Under the pieces are notes generated by a model. It made no database searches. It had not been told where the DNA came from and worked only from the letters and a program-made list of their open reading frames with translations. This document shows, piece after piece, positions 49,781 through 61,767 of a stretch of 64,000 nucleotides of DNA. This DNA comes from Octopus vulgaris (Eukaryota), in NCBI GenBank assembly GCA_951406725.2, contig OX597819.1:12958001-13022000 (forward strand). The letters are read 5' to 3'. The position numbers and the translations under genes are program-made. Numbering within the stretch: the first letter of the stretch is position 1; every line of letters begins with the position of its first letter.

Positions 49781-49781
<1 letters not shown>

Positions 49782-50078
49782 CTCTTTTACTTGTTTCAGT
49801 CATTTGACTGCGGCCATGCTGGAGCACCGCCTTTAGTCGAGCAACTCGACCCCGGGACTTATTCTTTTTTTGTAAGCCCAGTACTTACTCTATCGGTCTC
49901 TTTTTGCCGAACCGCTAAGTGACGGGGACGTAAATACACCAGCATCGGTTGTCAAGCAATGCTAGGGGAACAAACACAGACACACAAACAAACACACATA
50001 CATATATATATATACATATATATGACAGGCTTCTTTCAGTTTCCGTCTACCAAATCCACTCACAAGGCTTTGGTCGGC
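49781..50078 (-). mobile_element. SINE-A, 5' truncated
   Basis: Matches consensus. Confidence 0.9.
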
Positions 50079-50117
50079 ATTTAATAAAATATTTCTGATG
50101 ACATTTAATAAAATATA

Positions 50118-50595
50118 TATTTCTTTATTGCCCACAGGGGGCTAAACATAGAGGGGACAAACAAAGACAGACAAAGGGATTAAGTTGATTACATCAACTC
50201 CAGTGTGTAACTGGTACTTATTTAATTGATACCTGAAAGGATGAAAGGGAAAGTTGACCTCGGTGGAATTTGAACTCAGAACGTAACGGCAGATGAAATA
50301 CCTATTTCTATTTCTTTATTACCCACAAGGGGCTAAACATAGAGGGGACAAACAAGGACAGACATAGGTATTAAGTCGATTACATTGACCCCAGTGCGTA
50401 ACTGGTACTTAATTTATAGACCCCGAAAGGACGAACAGCAAAGTCGACCTCAGCGGAATTTGAACTCAGAACGTAACGGCAGACGAAATTCGGCGACACA
50501 TTTCGCCCGGCGTGCTAACGATTCTGCCAGCTCGCTGATGAAATACCGCTAAGCATTTTACCTGGCCTGCTAATGTGTCTACCAGTTCACCACCC
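50118..50595 (-). mobile_element. SINE family C, tandem/dimeric copy
   Basis: Two units containing aaaggatgaaagg.aaagtcgacctc.gcggaatttgaactcag. The core resembles the Meta/Sauria-type SINE central domain (from memory). Confidence 0.8.
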
Positions 50596-50604
50596 AAAGC
50601 ACTT

Positions 50605-50810
50605 GTGTTGGTGCCATATAATACGTACTGGTACTGGTGCTATGTAAAAAGCATCCACTACACTCTGTAAAGTGGCTGGCATTAGGAAAGGCATCCAGCC
50701 ATAGAAATCAGGCCAAAGCAGGCAATTGGAGCCTGGTGCAGCTCTCCGGCCTTGCCAGCTCCTGTCAAACTGTGCAACTCATGCCAGCATGGAAAATAGA
50801 CATTAAATGT
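50605..50810 (+). mobile_element. RTE 3' UTR fragment (family B-like)
   Basis: Degenerate consensus. Confidence 0.75.
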
Positions 50811-51175
50811 TGCTTTTATACACACACACACACACACATCAGTGTATCTACATGCAAACATTGATGGAAGGAAGTCTTAATTAAATGTCTGGCATGTTAT
50901 CCTGCATAAAACCTGAAAAGATGTGATGGATAGGTTTCTTTGGGCTAATAATTTAGCCCAGTTTTGCCCAACCTCCTGGCCCTTCAGGTGCTGTTAGGCC
51001 TCTGATATAAATATTCAGATCTGGTCTCTAGTCTGGAATTGGTATCTTGAGATACTGCCCATTCTAACAGCATCTCATGAGCCATGGTTTATTGTCCTCT
51101 TCCTTTCTCCCTAACTGGCATCTGAGACCCTGTCCTTCCCCCACTGACAAAGGGAAAAACAATGACTTATTCAAG

Positions 51176-51515
51176 TGAAGGTGCATAGCTCAGTGGTTAG
51201 AGAGTTGGTTCTCAATCAGAGGTAGTGAGTTCAATTCGCAGACCAGGCTGTGTGTTGTGTCCTTGAGCAAGACACTTTATTTAACATTGCTCCAGTCCAC
51301 TTGGCTGTAGAAATGAGTTGTGACATCACTGATGCCAAGCTGTGTCAGCCTTTAGCTTTCCTTTGGGTAACATCGGTGGCATGGAGTGGAGAAGCTGATA
51401 TGCATGTGTGATTACTGCTCTTACATAACCAACCTTGCCCAGACTTGTGTATCAAAGGGAAACTTTCTAGGTGCAATCCCATGGTCATTCATGACCGAAG
51501 GAGGTCTTTACCCTT
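51176..51515 (+). mobile_element. tRNA-derived SINE family F
   Basis: A box TAGCTCAGTGG, B box GAGTTCAATTC, central gtgtccttgagcaagacactt; ttcaag on both flanks. Confidence 0.75.
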
Positions 51516-51734
51516 TGTTCAAGATACACTATGAGAATTTGAAAGGGGCAATGACGTCCTTTGTTACTTAGTGACTTATAAAACCATGCTTTCAAATATT
51601 GGTACAGGGCCAGCAGCTTTTGAGGGGAGGGGGAATTTGATTACATCGACTCCAGTACTTGATTGGTACTTATTTTATTAACCCCAAAAGGATGAACGGC
51701 AAAGTCTATCTTGGTGGAATTTAATAATAATGAG

Positions 51735-51950
51735 TTTATTCTATGGACAGTGAAAACGAGATAGAGTGAGGAAAATGTGGAGCGGACAGATGGAGGAGGA
51801 GATTGGGAGGGTTGGGTTGAGGAGGGAGGACGCCCAAACCCAGGCAAGATGGTGAGATGGTGTGAGGGTAGTTGCTATGGCATTGAGGGAGATCCGACCA
51901 TCCCCGTTAACGGGGACAAAACCCGGATTCAAAATGATGGATGATGATGA
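51735..51950 (+). mobile_element. RTE extreme C-terminus remnant
   Basis: RKMW..EEEIGRVGLRREDAQ..RW pattern followed by (GAT)n. Confidence 0.55.
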
Positions 51951-52860
51951 TCATCATCATCATTTAGCATCCGCTTTCCATGCTAGCATGGGTTGGATGG
52001 TTCAACTGGGGTCTGGGAAGCCAGAAGGCTGCACCAGGCCCAGTCTGATCTAGCAATGTTTCTACGGCTGGATGACCTTCCTAACGCCAACCACTCCGTG
52101 AGTGTAGTGGGTGCTTTTTACGTGCCAGATGAGGCTGGCAAACGGCCACGATCGGATGGTGCTTTTTACGTGCCACCGGCACGGGGGCCAGGCAAGGTTG
52201 GCAACGGCCATGATCAGATGGTGCTTTTTACGTGCCACCGGCACGGAGGCCTGTTGGGGGCGGCGCTGGCAACGGCCACGTTCGGATGGTTCTCTTACGT
52301 GCCCCCGGCACTGGTATCACAGCTACAATTTCCATTGATGTTGATCGATTTTGATTTTAATTTTGATTCTGATTCTCACTTGCCTCAACAGGTCTCCGCA
52401 TGTAGAGTTTTGTGTCCCAAGAAGGAAAGGTATGCATAAGTGGACTGGCTACATCCCAGGTAGAGTCCACAGGTTATGGTCTCACTTGTCCTGCCGGGTC
52501 TTCTAACGCACAGCATACTTCCATAGGTCTCGGTCCCTAGTCATTTCCTCGGTGAGACCTAAAGTTCGAAGGTCGTGCTTCACCACCTCGTCCCAGATTT
52601 TCCTGGGTCTACCTCTTCCACAGGTTCCCTCAACTGCTAGGGTGTGGCACTTTTTCACACAGCTATCCTCATCCATTCTTGCCACATGACCATACCAACA
52701 CAAACGTCTCTCTTGCACACCACAACTGATGCTTCTTAGGTCCAACTTTTCTCTCAAGGTACTTACAATCTGTCGAGTATGAACACTGACATTACACATC
52801 CATCGGAGCATATTGGCTTCATTTCTTGCGAGCTTACGCATATCCTCAGCAGTCACGGCC
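51950..52860 (-). mobile_element. 5'-truncated RTE LINE: ORF C-terminus plus family B 3' UTR
   Basis: ORF 52503..52904 has MLRWMCNV..RRLCWYGHVARM..GRGRPRKIWDEVVKHDL, contiguous with the family B UTR and (GAT)n tail. Confidence 0.92.
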
Positions 52861-53409
52861 CATATATATATATAATGATATATATATATAATTATCATCA
52901 TCATCGTTTACACTTATATCATATCATTCAATGGTTGAATTATACTCAATATATAGTAGTATATCAGTGCTGCTCTTAGGAAACACACAGGATCTTTTAA
53001 CCCATATTTCTGTATGCTTTTCTCCTCCTGGAAACCATGGAACCATCTTACCAAACAGAGGCAATTAAAACCACCCAATAATTATTAAGCTCTAATACCT
53101 ACTGAACATTTAATTTTTTGTCAATCTGACTTCATTAAGTCCACTTTGATGAGCTGTTGTGACACATTTCTAGTCAAGAAGCCCTGTTAGTCTTTAGCAT
53201 ACTGACGTGGGGAAAGCTCATTCTTAAGCAGGTAATGAAGTGATGTGACAATCTCTATGTTTCTCATATAAGACATCTGCATCCTAAGTTTGTTTATGCA
53301 TGCAATTTTGGCTTCCTTTGAAACTGGATGGGACTGACCAATTCTTTTGTTTTCATTATTGTTGACGGCTTATTTCTCTTTTACAAAATTGAATATAATA
53401 ATAATAATA

Positions 53410-53785
53410 ATAATAATGAAATTATTGTATACAGTGCTCAGGTGCACCACAACTTGTCAAAAGTGCATATAAAGAATATGCAGTAATGTACAAATGTCTG
53501 GGAAGTGAACAATGTATGAGTCAGATACATGCTTGCGTGTGTATGGGGGGGTAGAAAATCAGGTGTAGTGTTGGCGAATCTCAGGAAGCATGGAAGTTTT
53601 GAAGGATGCAGTGCTCCGACAACTAACAACTGATGCTGGCAGTTTATTCCATGCTTCAGCAACTCTTAGCCTGAAAAAATGTTTCCGAAAGTCATGGGAG
53701 CTGTGCTGTTTTCTGACTTTGTAAACATGTCCACGGGTGTTTGACAGGTGGAGTTTGAAAAGGTGCTCAGATTTATTGTTTTGTA
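53410..53785 (-). mobile_element. CR1-clade LINE 3' end
   Basis: NTRGHVYKV..RKHFF.LRVAEAWNKLPASVV; (ATT)n tail; a tail fragment also lies at ~26147-26190. Confidence 0.85.
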
Positions 53786-55378
53786 AGCAGGAAATAACTA
53801 AAAAAAAAAAAAAAACGAAAATAATAACACCACTAAAAACAATAGCTCTGGACGGATTAGAATATAAAATGTATGTTTGATAAGTTGAAAACAGTGAGAG
53901 CACGAAGTGCAACAAGGAAACTGCCATCTGTAAGTTTGTGGCATTCTGGGTTTTTTAAAAATAATATTATATATAATTAATTAACAATCCTTTAATGTAA
54001 GAGAATCATTCTTCAAAGACATACATGCATGAAGAAATATATTAAATACAGGGGTGTTTTTAAATAATTAAGCTGAGTGCCCCAAGAAGGCTGTTTGGTG
54101 TCAATATGTCCTCCAATTAGGGGACAACGAACCAATAAAGGAGTTTTTACATGGTCGCTCGACCTACTAGAAACAACAGCAAAATGTTACTCAAACCAAG
54201 CCGTAGAGGTCTTTAAAAAGTATTAACTGGATACTTTTTCTTCGAAACTGAGCTTTAAGCAAAAAGTTAAAAAGTAAGTCTTGACTGGAGTACTTTTGGT
54301 CATACCTCTGCTAAGGACTGACCTGGGGCCAAGCAACAGCTCAAAACATACAAGTTAAAGAGGTAATGAATTAATGGGCACGTACGTGAATTTCACAGCT
54401 TCTAATGGACTAGGAAAGTCTTTTGATAAACATTCATATATCACAAATATACGAGCGGTTCTTTTCTGTATTCATTTGAAAAGGTAATTGAGAGAAAGAG
54501 ATAGAGGTAGATCTCTCTCTCTCTCTTTAAGAGATAGATGGAAACGGCAAGAGAGAGGTAGGGAGAGATGGATAGATAAAGAGGTGGGGATGCCATTTAT
54601 GTGGGAAGTCCTTTTACGGTACACAAAAGAAAGGTTAATGGATTCGTTGTTAAGGAACATTATGAAAAACACGAGGAGGTCCCCGTTAGAACGAAGAAAA
54701 ATAATTTACTCTTTTTTTTGTTTTCTTTCTCTTCGTTGTTTTGATAGAGTTCAAGAATTTTATTTGTTCTCTACTTTTAACCTCATTTCAATTTGACCTC
54801 GAGACGAAAAGAACATAGACATCCCTGACTCAAGTCACTTAATGGGTCACTGCCAGTTCTCCGTCTCTGTCTCTGTGCGTATATACACACACACACACAT
54901 ACACGTGTAAACTTTTACTTAACCTTACATTCACGGCATATCAACGTGTTGCACTCATTTCTATGGGTTTTGTTTCCAGACTTGAAACACTTCATACCAG
55001 TAAAGCCGCTGTATTTAATAAACAGTCTTTATCTTTGTTTTGTCTTCGTCTTTCATGGCTTTTATGAGACACTTTACAATACAAACAATTATATCTAAGA
55101 GCATTTATATCTCAATAATACCTGTTCGTGTTGCAGGTATTGCCAGAGATTGTCGCACAATGTTACAGTTATGTGTGTGGTGTTGTTTGACTTGTCTGTG
55201 ACTTTAGTTTTTAAGTAAGCAAATTGGTTTCAGTACATTTCATGTGTAGAAAGCTTGAAAAAAGCAAACGGTAAAAGGGGTGGTGGCGATGGTGGTGGAA
55301 TAGGTTTCTAAATGACCAATCATTTTCTCTTTTCTCGTTCATTCATTCTCTCTTTGAACACACACACACACACTTGTA

Positions 55379-55860
55379 ACTCTTTACTCTTTTACTCTTT
55401 TACTTGTTTCAGTCATTTGACTGCGGCCATGCTGGAGCACCGCCTTTAGTCGAGCAAATCGACCCCGGGACTTATTCTTTGTAAGCCCAGTACTTATTCT
55501 ATCGGTCTCTTTTGCCGAACCGCTAGGTAATGGGGACGTAAACACACCAGCATTGGTTGTCAAGCAATGCTAGGGGGACAAACACAGGCACACACATACA
55601 TATATATACACATATATACGACAGGCTTCTTTCAAACACAGACACACAAACACAGACACACAAACATATATACACACACTTACATATACATATATACGAC
55701 AGGCTTCTTTCAGTTTCCGTCTACCAAATCCACTCACAAGGCATTGGTCGGCCCGGGGCTATAGCAGAAGACACTTGCCCAAGATGCCACGCAGTGGGAC
55801 TGAACCCGGAACCATGAGGTTGGTTAGCAAGCTACTTACCACACAGCCACTCCTGCGCCT
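55379..55860 (-). mobile_element. SINE-A with a small internal duplication
   Basis: Matches consensus; acgacaggcttctttca occurs twice. Confidence 0.92.
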
Positions 55861-55912
55861 ATCATTATATTTAATATTTATAGTTCTAAATTTTGTGCAC
55901 ATCAATGTTGTC

Positions 55913-56562
55913 GTTAGCACACCGGGCGAAAGGCTTAGCGGTATTTCGTCTGCCGTTACGTTCTGAGTTCAAATTCCGCCGAGGTCGATTTTGCCTTTCA
56001 TCCTTTCGGGGTCCTTAAAATAAGTACCAATTGAACACTGAGGTCGATGTAATCGATTTGGCCCCTCCCCGGAACTTGCTGGCATTGTGCCAGAATTTGA
56101 AAGGAAGATAAAGACTCTTCTGTATTCTTGAATTTAAATATTTTCTACTCTAGGCACAAGGCCCGAATTTTTTTGAGGGAGGCAGGGGCCAGTCGATTAG
56201 ATCGACAACTGATACTTAATTTATCGACCCCAAAAGGATGAAAGGCAAAGTCGACCTCGGCGGAATTTGAACTCAGGACGTAAAGAGAGACGAAATACCT
56301 ATTTGAATTCAGAACGTAGCGGCAGACGAAATACCTGTTTTTTTACTACCCACGAGGGGCTAAATACAGAGGGGACAAACAAGGACAGACAAACGGATTA
56401 AGTCAATTACATCGACCCCAGTACGTAACTGGTACTTAATTTATTGACTCCGAAAGGATGAAAGGCAAAGTCGACCTCAGCGCAATTTGAACTCAGGATG
56501 TAAAGACAGACGAAATACCGCTAAGCATTTCGCCAGCTAACGTTTCTGCCAGCTCGCTGCCT
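55913..56562. mobile_element. SINE family C copies, tail-to-tail (55913-56105 plus; dimer 56140-56562 minus)
   Basis: ttagcggtatttcgtctgccgttacgttctgagttcaaattccgccgaggtcg..gcctttcatcctttcggggtc and its reverse complements. Confidence 0.85.
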
Positions 56563-56825
56563 TCATCATCATCATCATCATCATTTAGCGTCCGCTTTCC
56601 ATGCTAGCATGGGTTGGACGTTTCAACTGGGGTCTGTGAAGCCAGAAGGCTGCATCAGGCCTAGTCTGATCTGGCAGTGTTTCTACGGCTGGATGCCCTT
56701 CCTAACGCCAACCACTCCGTGAGTGTAGTGGGTACTTTTTACGTGCCACCCGCACAGGTGCCAGACGGAGCTGGCAAACGGCCACGGACGGATGGTGCTT
56801 TTTACGTGCCACTGGCACGGGGGCC
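56563..56825 (-). mobile_element. RTE 3' UTR fragment (family B); others at 57050-57255 and 58049-58220
   Basis: Consensus. Confidence 0.85.
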
Positions 56826-57528
56826 ATCCACAGGAATTGTTGTGATTGTTCTTTGCTGTTATTTGGTACCTTATATTCCTGGATTTCATTTCTCCAGTTC
56901 CATTGGAGGCACTTATCTAAATAATTTAACATGAAACAAAGGAAATAAGTTTGGTTTTTCTTTGTAGACCACACACACACACACACAGCTACAATTCTCA
57001 CTTATTTGGTAAGTATACTTGTGAATTAGTAATGAATAGAGGCTATCATCATAATCACTCATCATTTAACTTCTGTTTTCCATGCTATCATGTGTTGGAT
57101 GGTTTGACCAATGCAGGCAAGCTGCACCACGATATAGTCTGACTCGGCTTGGTTTCTATGGCTGGATGCCCTTTCTAATGCTGACCACATTACAGTGTGT
57201 GCTGGGTGCTTTTAATGTGGTACTGGCATGAGTGGTTTTTACATGGCACCAGCACACGACTCTTGCGGGTCAATCTTCTTCACCAGAGGGAGTGGTCTTA
57301 ACACTTCTGCTGTGGCAGATAAGTCTTCTTGATGAAAAGCAAACTGGAGCCATTGCAAAAAGTGGTTTCCCCATGTGTGTGTTGGGGGGGGGGGGGAGTT
57401 AATTCGTGTCCATTGGAGACAGAGTTGGTGTCAAATAAGGGCAGTCACTGTGGTGGATACAATTGTGTGGACATTTTCTTAGCTTCGTTGCTTGATGCAT
57501 CCAGCATTGCATGCAATACAAGTAGATA

Positions 57529-57913
57529 GTGGAGGCGCAATGGCCCAGTGGTTAGGGCAGCGGACTCGCGGTCATAGGATTGCAGTTTCGATTCCCAGAC
57601 CGGGTGTTGTGAGTGTTTATTGAGCGAAAACACCTAAAGCTCCAAGAGGCTCCGGCAGGGGATGGTGGTGATCCCTGCTGTACTCTTTCACCACAACTTT
57701 CTCTCACTCTTACTTCCTGTTTCTGTTGTACCTGTATTTCAAAGGGCCGGCCTTGTCACTCTCTGTGTCACGCTGAATATCCCCGAGAACTACGTTAAGG
57801 GTACACGTGTCTGTGGAGTGCTCAGCCACTTACACGTTAATTTCACGAGCAGGCTGTTCCGTTGATTCGGATCAACCGGAACCCTCATTGTCATAACCGA
57901 CGGAGTGCTTCCA
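57529..57913 (+). mobile_element. tRNA-derived SINE family D (long tail)
   Basis: Head GGAGGCGCAATGGCCCAGTGGTTAGGGCAGCGGACTCGCGG..GTTTCGATTCCC; TSD ACAAGTAGATA at 57518-57528 and 57914-57924. Confidence 0.93.
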
Positions 57914-58890
57914 ACAAGTAGATACCACAAAACCATCAATTCAACCCCACATGAGTTTCAGTCCATAGCATTTAATCTAAGGGTGAATATAACACAATGA
58001 ATGAATGTTCTGTCGCTGACGATGACCAAGTATCTCACATGGGAGAAGATCATCATCGTTTAACGTCTGCTTTCCATGCTGGCATGGGTTGGACGATTTG
58101 ACTGAGGACTGGCAAACCAGATGGTTGCACCAGGCTCCAATCTTGATCTGGCAGAGTTTCTACAGCTAGATGCCCTTCCTAAATGCCAATCACTCCGAGA
58201 GTGTAGTGGGTGCTTTTACTATGGTAAATCAATCAGGCAGATGTGTTCTCAGAAGGTTCTGCTACAGGTTGGGCACTTGTGGTCTGCTGGGACTGAAGAC
58301 ACCTTTTGTTGGCTTCTGGACTTGCACAATCCATGTTTTCTTAGTGCCCCTGCAATCCTGTTTGGTTTGTAGGAGGAGACACAACTACACATGTGACAGG
58401 TGATGAAATTTGGAAACTTGTTGCAGATGATGTCTACAGCTTGTTGTTTTTTCACACGTGACTGTAATACTAGAGAACACAGCTGGTTCAAGGAGTTGCA
58501 TTCAGCCGTATAACAAATAAACTCAACAACAGCTTCTTCTTTAGAATATATCATAAAGATCAAGTTTTATAGATACCCTGCTAAATCCAGGTATCAATAC
58601 AGAATATCACAGGAAATTTAAGAACACATCAAGTAAATTCCCTTTCAAGGGGTAGCTTTGTATTTGTTTAAACAATCTATTTGCTGGTAGTATGAATTAC
58701 TTCTTTATTTAATCTTTTGTTCAGTTTGACCTTATTATTGAAGGCATTAGGTGGTAAGGTATGATTTGAGGAAGATTTGCCTGCTGTTTCTTGTATGTCA
58801 AATGACCATGCAGAAGCTCCCTTGTTTATGTTAGGGTTTGTTTTTGATTAATTAAAAGTTATTTAATTTATATTCATTTATTTTCATCAT

Positions 58891-59625
58891 AGGCACAGGA
58901 GTGGCTGTGTGGTAAGTAGCTTGCTTACCAACCACATGGTTCCGGGTTCAGTCCCACTGAGTGGCATCTTGGGCAAGTGTCTTCTGTTATAGCCTCGGGC
59001 CAACCAATACCTTGTGAGTGGATTTGGTAGACAGAAACTGAAAGAAGCCTGTCATATATATGTATATATATATATATGTATGTTTGTGTGTCTGTGTTTG
59101 TCCCCCCAACATCACTTGACAACCGATGCTGGTGTGTTTATGTCCCTGTCACTTAGCGGTTCGGCAAAAGAGACCGATAGAATAAGTACTGGGCTTACAA
59201 AGAATAAGTCCCAGGGTCGATTTGCTTGACTAAAGGCGGTGCTCCAGCATGACCACAGTCAAATGACTGAAACAAGTAAAAGAGTAAAGAGTATAGGCAT
59301 AGGAGTGGCTGTGTGGTAAGTAGCTTGCTTACGAACCACATGGTTCCAGGTTCAATCCCACTGCATGGCACCTTAGGCAAGTGTCTTCTACTATAGCCTT
59401 GGGCCAACCAAAGCCTTGTGAGTAGATTTGGTAGACATATATATATGCTTGACAACCGATGCTGATGTGTTTACATCCCCGTAACTTAGCAGTTCGGCAA
59501 AAGAAACCGATAGAATAAGTACTAGGCTTACAAAGAATAAGTCCTGGGGGTCGATTTGCTCGACTAAAGGTGGTGCTCCAGCATGGCTGCAGTCAAGTAA
59601 CTGAAACAAGTAAACGAGTAAAAGA
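58891..59625 (+). mobile_element. Two tandem SINE-A copies (58891-59292, 59295-59625)
   Basis: Matches consensus. Confidence 0.9.
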
Positions 59626-60169
59626 TATTTGCATTATTCAAAATGTTAAAATTTATGCTTCAGTGTTGAAAAAAAAATAAACATTAAACATCTTTAGTGC
59701 TTTGGAAGAAACAGTTTTTGTTTAACCCCAGCTCAGCGTTATTGAGTAGACTTTCTAATCAAAGGGCAACATTATATCAAATATGTGCTTTATTTCTATT
59801 AAGATGGTAGGGTATGATTGCTGCTATTCTTAGTAGGTTGAGAAAGTATGTAGAAGTCCTTATTGATTCACCTGATGAACTAATCTAGAGAAAGCCTCTG
59901 AAATGAAACTATAATCATTTTAGTTTAACAATATGGCTGATGGAAATATCCCAGACAAGCAGTCTGTGTACTAAGTATCAATAAAGTAGGATCTAATGTA
60001 TGCAATATGGTGAGATAGAAAGCTTTGATTGAGATTGCCCATGTAGATAAAAACTTTCTTTGAGAGTGTTTAAAATCTGAAAACAAGTAAGGGGGATAAC
60101 TCCAGCAAGATCAATCAATTGAATTATAGTTTATTTCAACAGATTGGAATGAGCCGTTCCGAACTAAAT

Positions 60170-60975
60170 ACTATCAATGAGATCTAGCGTGTTGCATCGC
60201 AGATTGGTATGAAAGTCAATGCCTCGAAGACCAAAATCCTCACAGCCAGCTTCGCCCCACCAGACAAAACACCCATTGTCCTCAATGGTGATATTCTTGA
60301 AGAGGTTGAGAGTTTCAAATACCTTGGCGCCATCATTACAGCCACAGGTCAAGGTGAGGCTGACATTAAAACATGAATCGACCTCGCTTGCCAAGCCTTC
60401 AACCAACTCAATGCATGACTCTGGTCAAGATCTGAGATCCGATGTACCACTAAAGTACGGATCTACCAAGCACTAGTGTGAACGATTCTCCTTTATGGCA
60501 GTGAGTCATGGCCAATGAGGGTGGAAGATATTAAGCGACTAAAATCCTTCGATCATCTCTATCTACACCGCATCCTTCGTGTCCGATGGCATAACTTTGT
60601 CTCCAACAATTCAGTGCGACACCAGTGCAAAATTACCTCCCTCCGACAACTCATCCTAACAAGACGTCTGCGTTGGCTGGGTCATGCCCTTCATCGTCAA
60701 CCAGGAAAATTCATCTACGAAGCAATTGCCCCAGCTCCCCTTCAGGGTTAGCGAAAGCGATTTGGTGGACAACGAAAAACCTGGCTGATGACAGTCAAGG
60801 CTGATCTGGAACCCCCATGTCTACGGCGTTCGCTGCTGAAATAGGGAGTGGTTGGAGATCACGTGGTGGTTAGCCTCAAATCGCAAGGCCTGGTCGGCAT
60901 TTGTGAGAGATGCAGCATTGAGGATGAATGAAGCCAGTTCAACCCACCCTGGGTGAATACTGCTCAAGGCAAGGC
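60170..60975 (+). mobile_element. 5'-truncated RTE-clade LINE remnant with in-frame stops
   Basis: GMKVNASKTKIL..EEVESFKYLG..ILLYGSESWPMR..RRLRWLGHAL..GGQRKTW; (CAAGG)n tail. Confidence 0.9.
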
Positions 60976-61767
60976 AAATACTGCATTCATATATTAGTGT
61001 TCTCTTTGCATATGTGTTACCTTGCAAGAAAAGTATTTGGATAGAAAGTTAGAAGAGCTTTTGTACAAATGTCCATTCTATCTTTGAAAAAAACACAATA
61101 AGCAAATATAGTTCACTTGTGTTAGAAGGAAAAGAAAGCCAAAAAAAAAAAAAGAACAACAAAACAAAACACAAAGAAACGAACCAAAAGCTCTGCAAAT
61201 GTCATAATAAAACTGGAAAAATCATTTTGTCATTTGTTATAAAACTTAACTTCACAATCTTAAGCAGATCTGTAAGACACATTAGATACAGTGGATTTAT
61301 TTCAAGTGCAATCCAAAGCCTTGACAGGTTTTGAATTGCACTTGTTATATGTAAGATGAGAAACTATCTTTCATATTATACAGACATATTCATACAATAG
61401 ACATTTTGAAAAATAAAAAAGCTGATGATTCATTTTGTTGCTATTTAGAATTTCTGGCTGTTTGTCATTGTTTCAGGAAACAAAGGACTGCATTTTTTTG
61501 TCTTCTCAATGATCACGTATAACCAAGAAGCATTGCAGTGTATCATCTGTTTTTTTTTTTTGGGGGGGGGGGTCCTACTCTATATATTGCACACTTTTTA
61601 TATTGCTGTTGACAGCTGTAGTAGACAGTTATCACCAGTCAGCAACATAAACACAAGTGCTTTTTTATGCATCACAAACCCATATGAGAGAGAGGTCCTC
61701 TCATGGTAAATAATGCAGTATTCTGTGTTCTAACACAACATTCACTGTTTGTGGGATATAAATATTA

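Noticed and set aside
57529-57605. tRNA gene (also SINE-A heads, 10190-10264 and 51176)
   Set aside because: Acceptor stems do not close and each runs into a repeat body; these are SINE heads.
4122-59122. Recurrent MSSNARGTNT../RRHLPKVPRSGTEPGTMW ORFs suggesting a gene family
   Set aside because: Antisense readings of SINE-A, with frames varying by microsatellite length.
59866-59905. Hammerhead candidate CTGATGA-actaatctaga-GAAA-gcc-TC
   Set aside because: Stem I pairs only out of register and there is no supporting context.
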